Source: an uncultured Hormoscilla sp.
Lineage (GTDB): Bacteria; Cyanobacteriota; Cyanobacteriia; Cyanobacteriales; Desertifilaceae
DNA length: 64,000 nucleotides
Direction: 5' to 3'
NCBI GenBank assembly: GCA_963921275.4
Contig: OZ001293.3
Coordinates: forward strand, 4,864,001-4,928,000
Positions 1 through 11,571 of this stretch are shown here, piece after piece (the first letter of the stretch is position 1; every line of letters begins with the position of its first letter). A model generated the notes under the pieces. The model made no database searches. It was given only the letters and a program-made list of their open reading frames with translations, and had not been told where the DNA came from. The translations under genes were made by a program, and so were the position numbers.

Positions 1-7
1 AGAATCG

Positions 8-619
8 ATGCTGCGAAATGGCGAGGTCAGCGTGAGCGGCTTCGTGGAACTGGTGGCTAAATCGGAGTTGTATCAAGAACTGTTTTTTAACAGTTCTTCG
101 CCCTATCGATTCGTGGAACTAAACTGCAAGCATCTGTTGGGTCGTGCGCCTAAGGACCAGGCGGAAATTTCAGAGCATGTCCAAATTTATAACTCACAGG
201 GCTACGAGGCAGAAATAGACTCTTACCTCACTAGCGAGGAGTATCAGTCCAATTTTGGCCAGAATATCGTCCCCTACCCGCGCAACAATAGCACCCAGCT
301 GGGGATCGCGAACGTAGGTTTTAACAGGACGTTTGCATTGATGCGGGGGGACGCCACCAGTGATAGTAGTAACCAGGCGCAGCTAATTGCTGATATCGCA
401 GCTGACCTCCCCACAAAGATTACTGCGGCTCCTGCTGGCTCTGGCACTTATAGCAATACTGGTAAGCGCTTCCGGATCGCAGTGGCAAAGGCGGGAACGA
501 CTCCTGTCTATAAGCAGAGCAACTTCGTCTATGAGGTGGCCTACGAGCAGATGTCTAAGAAAATTCAGAACATTCACAAAATGGGCAGCAAGATTGTCAG
601 TATTACTGAAGTTGCCTAG
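8..619 (+). CDS. cpeE: Phycoerythrin-associated rod linker (CpeE-like); 5' end lies before the window
   Basis: PBS linker motif (ELNCKHLLGRAP, EAEIDSY) and CpcD-like C-terminus (KRFRIAV...IVSITEVA); lies upstream of cpeSTR as in cpeCDESTR operons. Confidence 0.75.
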   Translation: MLRNGEVSVSGFVELVAKSELYQELFFNSSSPYRFVELNCKHLLGRAPKDQAEISEHVQIYNSQGYEAEIDSYLTSEEYQSNFGQNIVPYPRNNSTQLGIANVGFNRTFALMRGDATSDSSNQAQLIADIAADLPTKITAAPAGSGTYSNTGKRFRIAVAKAGTTPVYKQSNFVYEVAYEQMSKKIQNIHKMGSKIVSITEVA

Positions 620-738
620 CTAGGGGTACTGGCGATCGCACCCAGCCTGCCCAAAAACAGAAGTGACGATCGCCAGTTATCACAAATCAAGCGGTCAGGT
701 TACGTTCTCACCATTAGGTAAATTAGAGGTACTGTGAT

Positions 739-951
739 ATGGCAGGAATGAATACCACTGGAACTCCCAAGAAGAGCGAGTATGACGATCGCACAGTGGA
801 GATAGAGGTGACGGGTGTATGTCGTCAAGATGTGATGCGGACGGGTAACTTTACGATGAAAGTTACTCACAGCCGTATGGTTGAGGCAATGCAGAACATT
901 AACAGTCTAGGTGGTAAGGTGTCCAAGGTGACGACGGCGCCATCAACATAA
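739..951 (+). CDS. Small CpcD-domain phycobilisome linker
   Basis: 70 aa; YDDRTVEIEVTG...V.HSRM..AMQNINSLGGKVSKV matches the CpcD/ApcC domain; RBS GAGG upstream. Confidence 0.8.
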   Translation: MAGMNTTGTPKKSEYDDRTVEIEVTGVCRQDVMRTGNFTMKVTHSRMVEAMQNINSLGGKVSKVTTAPST

Positions 952-960
952 ACAAGGAAA

Positions 961-998
961 CAGATAGGAAACTCAAAGATGGCCTGAGCTTCCTATCT
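961..998 (+). terminator. Stem-loop after the cpcD-like gene
   Basis: CAGATAGGAA...TTCCTATCTG inverted repeat. Confidence 0.5.
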
Positions 999-1011
999 GG
1001 GAATGAGAGGG

Positions 1012-1143
1012 ATGAAAATGTTAGGTGCGACAAAAGAGTCTGACTACAACAGTCGGATGGTGGAGGTAAAGTCAGAAGCAAACGCAAATCAGTTGAGGCG
1101 AAGAAAAAGAGCACGACAAAGACGAGTAAGTCGAAGAAATTGA
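1012..1143 (+). pseudogene. Internally deleted second CpcD-like linker remnant
   Basis: MKMLGATKESDYNSRMVEVK resembles the N-terminus of 739..951 (KKSEYDDRTVEIE), then diverges; GAGAGGG RBS. Confidence 0.45.
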
Positions 1144-1168
1144 AGCGGAAACCGAAATCCCAGAAATA

Positions 1169-1702
1169 ATGGATATTAGGGAATTTGTTAAACTTTCGAT
1201 CGGACGTTGGCGATCGCAGCGCAGCGGTCACAATTTGGCATTTAGCCATTTTGAAGAAGTGCGCTCGACTATTGATATAGTATCATTGGCAGCGTCGGAT
1301 AGCTCTGTAATTGAGCTGTGTAAGTCCGCAGGCATAGATCCAGCAGCAGCAATTAGTCCCTTTAGCATGAGTTGGGAGGGCCAATCAGATTGGGATGAAG
1401 AGGAAACTATCGTAGGTAACTGCGTCCTGGTGCCAATCCCCGATCGGGATAACATAAATCAGGGGAAATTACTGCGATCGCAGGGATATGCGGAAACGAT
1501 CGCCGCAGTAGGAGATTACTATTTTACCTCGGATGGCACTTTCGTCCTGCTGACAGAGTACGATCGGGCAGCAGCAGAGGAGAGAATCTGGTTTGCGACA
1601 GATAATCTCAGATTTAGAGTTTCTTCGATCAAAACCAGTGATGGAAAAGGTGTGGTAACGGCTTCCTTTGCCTCAGAGATTCGCTCGTTGTCGGGAAATT
1701 AA
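1169..1702 (+). CDS. cpeS: Phycoerythrobilin lyase CpeS
   Basis: GRWRSQRSGH, LLRSQGYAE, AAEERIWF motifs of the CpcS/CpeS family. Confidence 0.9.
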   Translation: MDIREFVKLSIGRWRSQRSGHNLAFSHFEEVRSTIDIVSLAASDSSVIELCKSAGIDPAAAISPFSMSWEGQSDWDEEETIVGNCVLVPIPDRDNINQGKLLRSQGYAETIAAVGDYYFTSDGTFVLLTEYDRAAAEERIWFATDNLRFRVSSIKTSDGKGVVTASFASEIRSLSGN

Positions 1703-1721
1703 TCAAGAGAAACGGGAAAAA

Positions 1722-2342
1722 ATGGCGATCGCAGAGCAGAACAAGAGTAGTATAGTACGGGATATGAAGGCGCTAGCCTGTTGGATGGCGGGAGATTTTA
1801 GTAACGAAAAACAAGCCTATGATAACCCGATAACCTATGCACATATTCATATATTTTGGCGACCATTACCCTATGAATTTTTTGAGGGAATCGGATTTTA
1901 TTCAGAGCAAGTTTATGACTACGATTTCTGGAGACCATACCGTCAGGGAGTCCATCGCCTAGTAGCTTTCAGCGATCGGATTTATATAGAAAACTACGGT
2001 CTGAAAGACCCGGTTCTATATGCGGGTGCAGCAAGGGAGTTAGATATTCTTAAAACGATTACGCCAGATGAGATTAAACGTCGCGAGCATTGTGGAATGA
2101 TTTTCTGGCGGGAAGGGGAAATGTTTCGAGGTGCTGTGGAGGGTAAAAATTGTTTGATAAATAGAAATGGATGGAAAACATATCTGGTGAGCGAGGTGGA
2201 ATTGACGGCAAAAACTTGGGTAAGTTTAGATAAGGGTATGGATGTGAATACCCACGAGCAAGTATGGGGCTCGAAGGCGGGACCGTTGAGATTTGAGAAA
2301 CGGCAAAGTTTTGCTGAAGAAGTACCGCCGATGTATGAATAA
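1722..2342 (+). CDS. cpeT: Chromophore lyase CpeT
   Basis: LACWMAGDFSN.KQA, YSEQVYDYD..RPYRQ, WGSKAGPLRF motifs; ATG at 1722. Confidence 0.9.
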   Translation: MAIAEQNKSSIVRDMKALACWMAGDFSNEKQAYDNPITYAHIHIFWRPLPYEFFEGIGFYSEQVYDYDFWRPYRQGVHRLVAFSDRIYIENYGLKDPVLYAGAARELDILKTITPDEIKRREHCGMIFWREGEMFRGAVEGKNCLINRNGWKTYLVSEVELTAKTWVSLDKGMDVNTHEQVWGSKAGPLRFEKRQSFAEEVPPMYE

Positions 2343-2384
2343 CTGTACTGTAATCTATTAGCAGCAAATGAGTGGAAGGGAGAA

Positions 2385-2690
2385 ATGTTGCCGCCACAAG
2401 CAGAAAAAAAGATGCAAGCGTGGATCCGCAGTAGACATCTGATCAGTTCGGGAAACTTTTTTATCTTGGAAACGGTAGAATATCCAACAGTAGAAAGATT
2501 TACAGAATGCGTAGAGAGTTTAGGAGGAACTTTAATAACAGTCCAACCAATAGACAAAATATGGATAGGGGATCATAGAAAAGTGATTTTATATCAAGCG
2601 AAAGCGAGTTTACATACACCCTATCACGATTTAAAACAATACTGGTTCAAATATGGTGGTTTGAAGACAAGATTTGATCGACGTTGTTAA
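2385..2690 (+). CDS. cpeR: Phycoerythrin operon regulator CpeR
   Basis: MLPPQAEKKMQAWIRSRHLI...LKQYWFKYG; follows cpeST. Confidence 0.9.
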   Translation: MLPPQAEKKMQAWIRSRHLISSGNFFILETVEYPTVERFTECVESLGGTLITVQPIDKIWIGDHRKVILYQAKASLHTPYHDLKQYWFKYGGLKTRFDRRC

Positions 2691-2709
2691 CAGAGAAAGG
2701 GAGAGAAAA

Positions 2710-4500
2710 ATGATCGGCAGTTTTATTAACCCAGTAATAACTAAAGCATCGGCATTAGGTGTCAGCTTGTTTGAAGAGACAGACACGATCGAGTTGTGGC
2801 AGTCCAGTTCAGAAGCAGAAGTGGAGACGGTGATTCGGGCAGTATACAGGCAAGTGTTGGGGAATGCTCATGTGATGGAGAGCGAGAGGTTAACCATCCC
2901 GGAATCCCATCTGCGCTCGGGGGAAATAAGCGTCAGAGATTTTGTGCGGGAAGTGGCGCTATCGGAAATGTATCGCTCCCGGTTTTACGACAACTGTCCC
3001 CGCTACCGCTCGATCGAGTTAAATTTCAAGCATTTGCTGGGTCGGGCCCCGGAAAGCTATGAGGAGATGTGCACTCATAGCAACATTTGGGATCGAGGCG
3101 GTTGGCAGGCAGAGATAGATTCCTATGTAGATAGTGAGGAATATCACGAGGCATTTGGGGAAAACAGAGTGCCGTTTTACCGGGGTTATAAAACCCAGAC
3201 AGGCAAGCGGGTAGTTGGGTTTACCCATATATTCCAACTCTTGCGCGGTGCTTCTAGCAGCGATAAATCCAGTTTTGTGGGGACAAGGTCAAGGCTAAAT
3301 CGGGCGATCGTCACCAATAATCCCAGCGTGATGATTCCCCTTTCATCCTCCTATGGGCGACCGACTGATGTCAATAAACTACTAGCTGATGTCCTAAAGC
3401 TGAAGCAACCAGCAATCGCGCCACCAACAAGTCGGCCAAAAATCCTATCAGCGGAGGTAGAAATAGCTCAATCCTGGCAAGGTCAATATCAATCATGGGA
3501 AGATCCAGAGCCAGTAGAGCTATGGCCAGGCCGATCGGAAACGGAAGTAGAAACGGTGATTCGGGCGGTATACAGGCAAGTTTTGGGGAATGCCCACGTG
3601 ATGGAGAGTGAACGACTCACAGTCCCGGAATCACAGATAAAACTTGGGGAAATCAGCGTCCGTGAATTTGTCCGTCAGGTGGCCAAATCGGAGTTGTACA
3701 GGTCGCGGTTCTTCGACAACTGCCCCCGCTACCGGGCGATCGAGTTAAATTTCAAGCATCTGCTGGGTCGTGCCCCTGATGACTACTCGGAGACTTTCTA
3801 TCACAGTAGCGTGCTGGATGCAGGCGGTTTTGAGGCGGAGATAGACTCTTATATCGATAGCGACGAGTACCAGGAAGCTTTTGGGGAAAACGTAGTACCG
3901 TTTTACCGAGGCTACAAAACCCAGACTGGCAAAAGGCTGCTTGGGTTTACCAACATGTTCCAACTATTGCCCAGCGTTTCGACTAGCGATAAAGCGGGTT
4001 TATCAGGAAATCTACCTCGGCTGAATCGGGCCCTGATTTACAATCATCCTACAGGCAAAGCCCCTGTCACGGATATCAATGCCTTGCTGGCTGAGGTGCT
4101 CAAGCCGAAGATCCAGCCCCAAGAAATTATCTCCAAAGCAGAACTGGCTCGCAAGCAAGCCTATCAAGCTTTGCAAAGCCAGTGTTCCGAACAAGAAACT
4201 GTGATTGCGACTTTACAACAACAGTTGGCAGAATTACGGGCAACTGCTACCATCGGAGCAGCCCAATTAAATAAGTGGCAGTCTTATAGCCCTTACTCCA
4301 ATGGCGGCACTGGTTTGACCATAGGCCGACAACCGACGGCAACCGCCGCCCTACCAGAAAGTTATGAGGCTTTGCAACAGCAGTATGCAGTAGGGGAAGA
4401 GACGATCGCCTCTTTACGGGAGCAAATCTCAGACCAGCAGCGCTTGGCCGCGATCGGATCGGCGCGATTGAATAAATGGCGCACCCGTTCTTTTTCCTAG
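2710..4500 (+). CDS. Phycobilisome rod linker with two tandem PBS-linker domains and a coiled-coil tail (CpeC/MpeD-like)
   Basis: Two copies of ETVIRAVYRQVLGNAHVMESERLT...ELNFKHLLGRAP; tail has two IGxAxLNKW repeats. Confidence 0.85.
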   Translation: MIGSFINPVITKASALGVSLFEETDTIELWQSSSEAEVETVIRAVYRQVLGNAHVMESERLTIPESHLRSGEISVRDFVREVALSEMYRSRFYDNCPRYRSIELNFKHLLGRAPESYEEMCTHSNIWDRGGWQAEIDSYVDSEEYHEAFGENRVPFYRGYKTQTGKRVVGFTHIFQLLRGASSSDKSSFVGTRSRLNRAIVTNNPSVMIPLSSSYGRPTDVNKLLADVLKLKQPAIAPPTSRPKILSAEVEIAQSWQGQYQSWEDPEPVELWPGRSETEVETVIRAVYRQVLGNAHVMESERLTVPESQIKLGEISVREFVRQVAKSELYRSRFFDNCPRYRAIELNFKHLLGRAPDDYSETFYHSSVLDAGGFEAEIDSYIDSDEYQEAFGENVVPFYRGYKTQTGKRLLGFTNMFQLLPSVSTSDKAGLSGNLPRLNRALIYNHPTGKAPVTDINALLAEVLKPKIQPQEIISKAELARKQAYQALQSQCSEQETVIATLQQQLAELRATATIGAAQLNKWQSYSPYSNGGTGLTIGRQPTATAALPESYEALQQQYAVGEETIASLREQISDQQRLAAIGSARLNKWRTRSFS

Positions 4501-4515
4501 ATCGGCCTTTTACGA

Positions 4516-4544
4516 GCGCGGTCAGCAGTTTTTCCGCTGACCGC
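4516..4544 (+). terminator. Hairpin after the linker gene
   Basis: GCGGTCAGC...GCTGACCGC inverted repeat. Confidence 0.5.
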
Positions 4545-4720
4545 TAAGCAAAAATATATTTGGGAATGATACTAATAGGTAGTCCGAAGTCCGCCCAGAA
4601 GATGCTAGGCAGAGCGATCGCCCGATATGGGGAAAAGAAACTTGATGGTAGTACCCTAAGTCCTCAAAATAAGACTAGCATGGAGTTGGAGGGATCTGTA
4701 GTCACAATTAAGTAAGTGTA

Positions 4721-5554
<834 letters not shown>

Positions 5555-5655
5555 AGGAGTAGAAGACAGATGTAAGGGGAAAAGCAGAAAGGGACTTGTA
5601 GCAAGGGCTTAGATAGGGTATACTAAAAAAAATAACAGAATTAGAGGTGGAGTTA

Positions 5656-8508
5656 ATGGCAAAGAAAAGCCGTGGAGTTCCGGCGTTATATTCAGAGATA
5701 AAGGTCAAGCTGGGGATTTCAATGACGCCCACAGGCAGAAAGTTGCTGACTAAGATGGCCGAAAAGGCGGATTTATCCCGCTCGGAAATGGTAGAGCAGA
5801 TCGCAAGAGGGTGTATCTCGATCGAGAGTGCCTCGGCAAAAATGGCGATAATGCTAAAGGAGGCGGTGGAAAATCAAGCTCTAACAGATGCAGAAATAGA
5901 ACAGCTGAGCACGAAGTTTCAGGTGGTCGATAGTGAATTGTCCAGTCCAGTGGAGGATGAGACAGGGTCTGAGGTGCAGTTAGAAAGTTCTCAAGCACAA
6001 GCACAGTTGATTGTAGATTTACAACAACAGATAAAGGAGTTGGAAGCAGCTCTAGCAACTAAGAACGAGGAGATGGTGCCGTTAGAAAATTATGAATCAT
6101 TGCGGCAAGAGTCGGCAGCACAAGCAACTCAGATAGAGGAGTTAGAAACAAAGCTAGCAGAATGGTCCGATCGGGTGCCGCGCTCAGAATATGAAACATT
6201 GCAGCAGGATTCGGCAGCGCAAGCAAGTCAGATAGAAGAGTTGCACTCCAGGATAGAGAAATTGTCGTCTCGGGTACCGCACTCAGAATATGAGTCATTG
6301 CAGGAGTCGTCAGCAGCATTATCAGAGGAGATCGCCTCCTTGAAAGCACAGCTTCAGGCATCTGAGGAGATAATGGCCAGTCAGAAAGAGCGGACAGTGC
6401 CGTTAGAGGAATATGAGTCATTGCAGCAGGACTCGGCAGCACAAGCAAGTCAGATAGAAGAGTTACACTCCAGGATAGAGGAATTGTCATCTCGGGTGCC
6501 AGTCTCAGAATATGAGTCATTGCAGGAGTCGTTAGCAGCATTATCAGAGGAGATCGCCTCCCTGAAAGCACAGCTTCAGGCATCCGAGGAGATGATGGCC
6601 TCTCAGAAAGAGCGGACAGTGCCGTTAGAGGAATATGAGTCATTGCAGCAGGACTCGGAAGCACAAGGGGAGGAGATAGCAGCATTAAAAGCACAGATAG
6701 GCCAGTTGGAAAAGAATGTGCCAGTCTCAGAATATGAGTCATTGCAGCAGGACTCGGCAGCGCAAGCAAGTCAGATAGAAGAGTTGCACTCCAGGATAGA
6801 GGAATTGTCGTCTCGGGTACCGCACTCAGAATATGAGTCATTGCAGGAGTCGTCAGCAGCATTATCAGAGGAGATCGCCTCCTTGAAAGCACAGCTTCAG
6901 GCATCTGAGGAGATAATGGCCAGTCAGAAAGAGCGGACAGTGCCGTTAGAGGAATATGAGTCATTGCAGCAGGACTCGGCAGCACAAGCAAGTCAGATAG
7001 AAGAGTTACACTCCAGGATAGAGGAATTGTCATCTCGGGTGCCAGTCTCAGAATATGAGTCATTGCAGGAGTCGTTAGCAGCATTATCAGAGGAGATCGC
7101 CTCCCTGAAAGCACAGCTTCAGGCATCCGAGGAGATGATGGCCTCTCAGAAAGAGCGGACAGTGCCGTTAGAGGAATATGAGTCATTGCAGCAGGACTCG
7201 GAAGCACAAGGGGAGGAGATAGCAGCATTAAAAGCACAGATAGGCCAGTTGGAAAAGAATGTGCCAGTCTCAGAATATGAGTCATTGCAGGAGTCGTCAG
7301 CAGCACTATCAGAGGAGATCGCCTCCTTGAAAGCACAGCTTCAGGCATCTGAGGAGATAATGGCCAGTCAGAAAGAGCGGACAGTGCCGTTAGAGGAATA
7401 TGAGTCATTGCAGCAGGACTCGGCAGCACAAGCAAGTCAGATAGAAGAGTTGCACTCCAGGATAGAGGAATTGTCATCTCGGGTGCCAGTCTCAGAATAT
7501 GAGTCATTGCAGGAGTCGTCAGCAGCACTATCAGAGGAGATCGCCTCCCTGAAAGCACAGCTTCAGGCATCCGAGGAGATGATGGCCTCTCAGAAAGAGC
7601 GGACAGTGCCGTTAGAGGAATATGAGTCATTGCAGCAGGACTCCGCAGCACAAGCAAAGGTGGTAGCTTCCTTAGAACAACAGATAACGGAGTTGCAACA
7701 TCGGGTGCCATTAGAGCAATATGAATCAGTGCGGCAGGACTCGGCAGCACAAGCAAAGGTGGTGGCAGAGTTACAACAACAGCTGAGTGAGTTGCAAGAA
7801 CATAGTATGGAAACAGAGAATGGGGAGACTGTGTCGTTACAGAGATATGAATCAGTCCGGCAAGAGTCGGAAGCAAAAGCAAAGGTGGTGGCCTCCTTAC
7901 AAAAGCAGATTAAGGAGTTGCTGCAAGAGCGCGTGCCGTTATCTACATATGAACATGTGCGACAAAAAGTTGCAGAACAAGCAACTCAGATCGCCCGATT
8001 AGAAAAAAAGATTAGTCAATATCGGGTGCCCTTAAACAATTATGAAGCGTTGCACCAGGAGTCCCGATCGCAAGCAAGTCAGATGGCCCAGTTACAACAA
8101 CAGATCCGCGAGCTGCAAGGACGGGTGCCATTAGAAAAATATGAAAGTTTGCGGCAACAGTCAGAACAAAAAGAACGGGCGATCGCCGCAATGCAACAAC
8201 AGATTCGGTTATTGTCAGATCGGGTGCCCAAAGAAGAATATGAATCTTTGTGGCAGTCTACCGTTCCGGAAAAATCGGAAAAACAAGCCAAGGTGGTGGC
8301 GCAACTGCAACAACAGCTTAACGGTTTGCAAGGTAATACAACTCAGACCAATGGAAATGGGCCGTTAGAGAGTTACGCATCTTTGCTACAGCAGTCTCAA
8401 GAACAGGCAAAGTTGATTGCCACCCTACAGCAAAAAGTTGCCGAGTTGCAGTCAACTTCCAGAATTGGAGAAGCTCATTTAAATAAGTGGCGTCAGCGCA
8501 ATTTTTAG
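5656..8508 (+). CDS. RHH/CopG-family DNA-binding domain fused to a long tandem-repeat coiled coil
   Basis: N-terminal GVPALYSEIK...MTPTGRKLL...LSRSEMVEQIARG is RHH-like; about 20 VP(L/V)xxYESLQQ repeats follow. Confidence 0.75.
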   Translation: MAKKSRGVPALYSEIKVKLGISMTPTGRKLLTKMAEKADLSRSEMVEQIARGCISIESASAKMAIMLKEAVENQALTDAEIEQLSTKFQVVDSELSSPVEDETGSEVQLESSQAQAQLIVDLQQQIKELEAALATKNEEMVPLENYESLRQESAAQATQIEELETKLAEWSDRVPRSEYETLQQDSAAQASQIEELHSRIEKLSSRVPHSEYESLQESSAALSEEIASLKAQLQASEEIMASQKERTVPLEEYESLQQDSAAQASQIEELHSRIEELSSRVPVSEYESLQESLAALSEEIASLKAQLQASEEMMASQKERTVPLEEYESLQQDSEAQGEEIAALKAQIGQLEKNVPVSEYESLQQDSAAQASQIEELHSRIEELSSRVPHSEYESLQESSAALSEEIASLKAQLQASEEIMASQKERTVPLEEYESLQQDSAAQASQIEELHSRIEELSSRVPVSEYESLQESLAALSEEIASLKAQLQASEEMMASQKERTVPLEEYESLQQDSEAQGEEIAALKAQIGQLEKNVPVSEYESLQESSAALSEEIASLKAQLQASEEIMASQKERTVPLEEYESLQQDSAAQASQIEELHSRIEELSSRVPVSEYESLQESSAALSEEIASLKAQLQASEEMMASQKERTVPLEEYESLQQDSAAQAKVVASLEQQITELQHRVPLEQYESVRQDSAAQAKVVAELQQQLSELQEHSMETENGETVSLQRYESVRQESEAKAKVVASLQKQIKELLQERVPLSTYEHVRQKVAEQATQIARLEKKISQYRVPLNNYEALHQESRSQASQMAQLQQQIRELQGRVPLEKYESLRQQSEQKERAIAAMQQQIRLLSDRVPKEEYESLWQSTVPEKSEKQAKVVAQLQQQLNGLQGNTTQTNGNGPLESYASLLQQSQEQAKLIATLQQKVAELQSTSRIGEAHLNKWRQRNF
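6170..7660 (+). repeat. Coding tandem repeats including a near-perfect 543-bp duplication
   Basis: Sequence at 6241 recurs at 6784 (offset 543); units begin GTGCC...GAATATGAGTCATTGCAG. Confidence 0.9.
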
Positions 8509-8580
8509 TCTGTCTGAAAGTTGAGAGACCAGGTAACTCCTGCGAAACCAGGTTTCTGGGCCTCCAGTTGAGGTCTAGCT

Positions 8581-8794
8581 CAATACTTCTCGGTTAAGCA
8601 TTTTATTTGTCATTGCTTCGATATCTCTGGGGAGCGCTATTCGCACTATCCCGGAGATATCGAAGGGTGATACGTAGGGATTAACTTATGCTTTATGAGT
8701 TAACCGATTGCTTGCTCAACACTGCTGGTTGGTTTGGAAGCCCCCCACGCTGCGCGAAAAATCGCAATGACAAGTTATTAACCGAGAAGTATTG
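8581..8794. mobile_element. MITE, 214 bp
   Basis: 17-bp TIR CAATACTTCTCGGTTAA; 10-bp target duplication AGGTCTAGCT (8571-8580 and 8795-8804). Confidence 0.88.
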
Positions 8795-8798
8795 AGGT

Positions 8799-9413
8799 CT
8801 AGCTGGATGCTTTGGATTTAAACTGGGTAACTTGCTCTAGGCGAGATAAAGCACTGGTAGCTGACTCCCGAATATAGGGGTCAGCTGCTTCATTATTGGC
8901 AAGAGGGGATAGCACTTCAGCAGCTTTAGAGTCTCCCAGGGATCCGAGGGCATTAATCACCGCGACTTGGAGAGCAATATCATCGATAGTCATTGCCTCG
9001 ACGAGAATATCCAAGGCGGGTGGACCCACAGTGCCCAGTGCGCCCACTGCGGAGATTTTTACTACTGGGTTGGGGTCTTTTAGGGCTGTTTGCAAACCCG
9101 CAAGGGCTTCTTTTGGGAAGTTCTCTTCGGGAAAATTGAGGGCGATCGCCGCCAGGGCTTTAGCGCAGCTAGCCCTGACTGTTTCATTATCACTGCTTGT
9201 CAGTTGTTCTACCAATGCAGGGACAGCATCCAAACCAATAAGACCCAAAGCTTGCACGGCTGCCCGCCGGTAGACCACATCTTCATCCGACAAAATTCCC
9301 ATCAGTTGAGGAATAGTATCGGCAGTCCTTTCGGAGGCAATTTGGCGCATTGCTCTTTCTCGCAGTCTCGGATTCTTATGTTTGAGTTGTTGATACAAAT
9401 CTTCTGCGGTCAT
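8799..9413 (-). CDS. cpeZ: HEAT-repeat bilin attachment protein CpeZ-like
   Basis: E/F-type HEAT repeats (DEDVVYRRAAVQALG, VRASCAKALA, DPNPVV) in a PE cluster. Confidence 0.75.
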   Translation of the reverse strand: MTAEDLYQQLKHKNPRLRERAMRQIASERTADTIPQLMGILSDEDVVYRRAAVQALGLIGLDAVPALVEQLTSSDNETVRASCAKALAAIALNFPEENFPKEALAGLQTALKDPNPVVKISAVGALGTVGPPALDILVEAMTIDDIALQVAVINALGSLGDSKAAEVLSPLANNEAADPYIRESATSALSRLEQVTQFKSKASS

Positions 9414-9949
9414 ATTATTCTGAGGTAATTTGTGAATTTATCGTTCCAGAGTCATCGAAAACTCGCAAGAACTCCAGAGATTCGAGCGGGGAAGACAACC
9501 AGATTGTCAGCATTAGCGACTTTGGCTGAGGGAACCCAATCGCGCTTCTACCTGTTGCATGCTGTATACCACTTCTCCAATATTCTGCGTCGGAGCCAAC
9601 TGACCTTGGGCATTCATAAAACGCTAAGATGCCATGAGTTCCATTAGGGGTCGAGCTGGGAATCGCTTCCCAACCCTCCCTTTCGAACCGTGCATGCGGT
9701 TTTCATCGCACACGGCTACTGGTTAGTTGGACCTTGTCATTGGCAGGATTACTGGGGATTGCTCCCTTTGTCCCTCTTCTTATGCAGTTTTTCCCCTTTA
9801 TGGTAGTCGATAGGACTGTTTCGTATCTAGCTCCGGAAGGTTCGCGGGGGGTATCCAGGAAACCACTTATACCGCTCTTTGCTAACATTGCCCCTGTCTC
9901 GTCATTAGGGGACTTTTCAAGTTTTACCCGGCTAGAGTTTTAGTCCATA

Positions 9950-10961
9950 ACTCAAGTTGCGACCTATAAAAATTGGATACAAAAAGCTATGATAAAGAGA
10001 ATTATTTTCAACTCTAATCCCTTAGATGTAACAGCATGAATTGACTTGGGAAACAAATTTGTGATTCGACTAAAACAGGTTTCAACTTGTTTTCTTGTTA
10101 CTTTTTGTATATATTCAAAACAAGAATATTCTTTTCTTTTTGAGTTCTTTTTTCGCAAAGGTTTTAACATTATACTTGACGACTCTTTTAGTAAATCCTC
10201 TAATTGATAATCATTATAAGCTTTATCTCCATAAACTATTGAATTTGATGGTAAGTCAAAGCCAAAAGATTGCAAAACTTTAAAATCATTATAACTACCA
10301 GGATCTAGATAAAATTCTATTGGCTTTCCATTTTTGTTTACCAACATATGAACTCTTAATCCATAAAAATAACGTTTTTTACTGGCAATATACCCTCGAT
10401 ATTCTTCCTTGTTATAAATTTGGCATCTATCAATCCTAATATTATCACATACTGGCACCGGGAAACTATCAAGAATATATTCTTGACCCGGATTGAGCTC
10501 TTTAAATGTTTGAGCTATAACTTGGAAGAAAAACATCCAAATTGGTTCCTCAATATTGTGTAATCGACGATTGAACCTACTTTTACTTAACAGATTTTTT
10601 ATATACTTGTGTTGGACCATAAATTGACAAGAGCGATCGTGGTGTCCTCCGAAAAAATATGCAGCAACTAATCCGACTGTCATCACTTCGGCATTGTTCA
10701 TTTTTACTTGTGGATCTTCTTTTATATTTAACGCTTTTAGTAGCTCGTCACAAAGAACAAAAATTGTTGTAATCATATCTTCCATCATCTACATCCCCCA
10801 GCAATTAACTATTATTTTAGTACATTATAACCTATAAACAGCCAACCCGCTGTATAGCACAAAAAAAATATAATTTTGTATCAAAAGCTACGAAATATCC
10901 CAAATATCTGTAAAGTCTAAGTGGGTAATTCATATTTTTTTTAATAGGTCGCAACTTAGGT
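9950..10961 (-). mobile_element. IS982-family element, copy 1 (1012 bp)
   Basis: TIR AC(T/C)(C/T)AAGTTGCGACCTAT; target duplication TAGTCCATA; AT-rich. Confidence 0.9.
9964..10788 (-). CDS. IS982-family DDE transposase
   Basis: ILDSFPVPVC, YFYGLRVH, YGDKAY, RKQVETCFS motifs. Confidence 0.9.
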   Translation of the reverse strand: MMEDMITTIFVLCDELLKALNIKEDPQVKMNNAEVMTVGLVAAYFFGGHHDRSCQFMVQHKYIKNLLSKSRFNRRLHNIEEPIWMFFFQVIAQTFKELNPGQEYILDSFPVPVCDNIRIDRCQIYNKEEYRGYIASKKRYFYGLRVHMLVNKNGKPIEFYLDPGSYNDFKVLQSFGFDLPSNSIVYGDKAYNDYQLEDLLKESSSIMLKPLRKKNSKRKEYSCFEYIQKVTRKQVETCFSRITNLFPKSIHAVTSKGLELKIILFIIAFCIQFL

Positions 10962-11571
10962 TAGTCCATATTACAATCTAGGATTTCTCCTGATTTTTGG
11001 TACGTATTAGGGATACTTCCACCCAAGATTTCCAACTATATCCGACCCACGTCTGCCGGTACATTCCTGCACCACTTATACAAGGAGTTACCCCTGTCCT
11101 TTGCTTCTTGGGCCATCTCTCTCCACATGGCTTACGCTTATCATCTAACTGGTCCCTATCTCCTGACCACCGGTCGATAGTCGAGTAGTTATGGACAGCA
11201 CACGTGGAGTTACTTCGTTCCCTGGTATCATTTCACGATGTTTTTAGGTCCCTGCTTTACCCCGGGAGCTACTTTGAGTGTGATGTTGGCCATATGCAAC
11301 AGCCAACACTAGCTACCATTTCCTTTTTAGGCCAGCGTGTAAGCCTTCTTCCGCTGGTTACACATAACGAGGCTTTCACAGATTCGTTTTCCTAACCATG
11401 AGCATCTTTCCTAGCGGAGTTGCCGACTTTGGGCTGTCAGCTATCCTACATTTAAGTCCTTGCTCCGCACCACGGTGATGTCACTCCGCAGCACTAAGGA
11501 CCGGTGTCACCCCCACACCTGGGGAGAGGGAATTTAACCCCCATGATGACCAGAGTTACCATATTGAGCCT

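Noticed and set aside
6059..7882. 607-aa minus-strand ORF
   Set aside because: Antisense shadow of the repetitive coiled-coil gene
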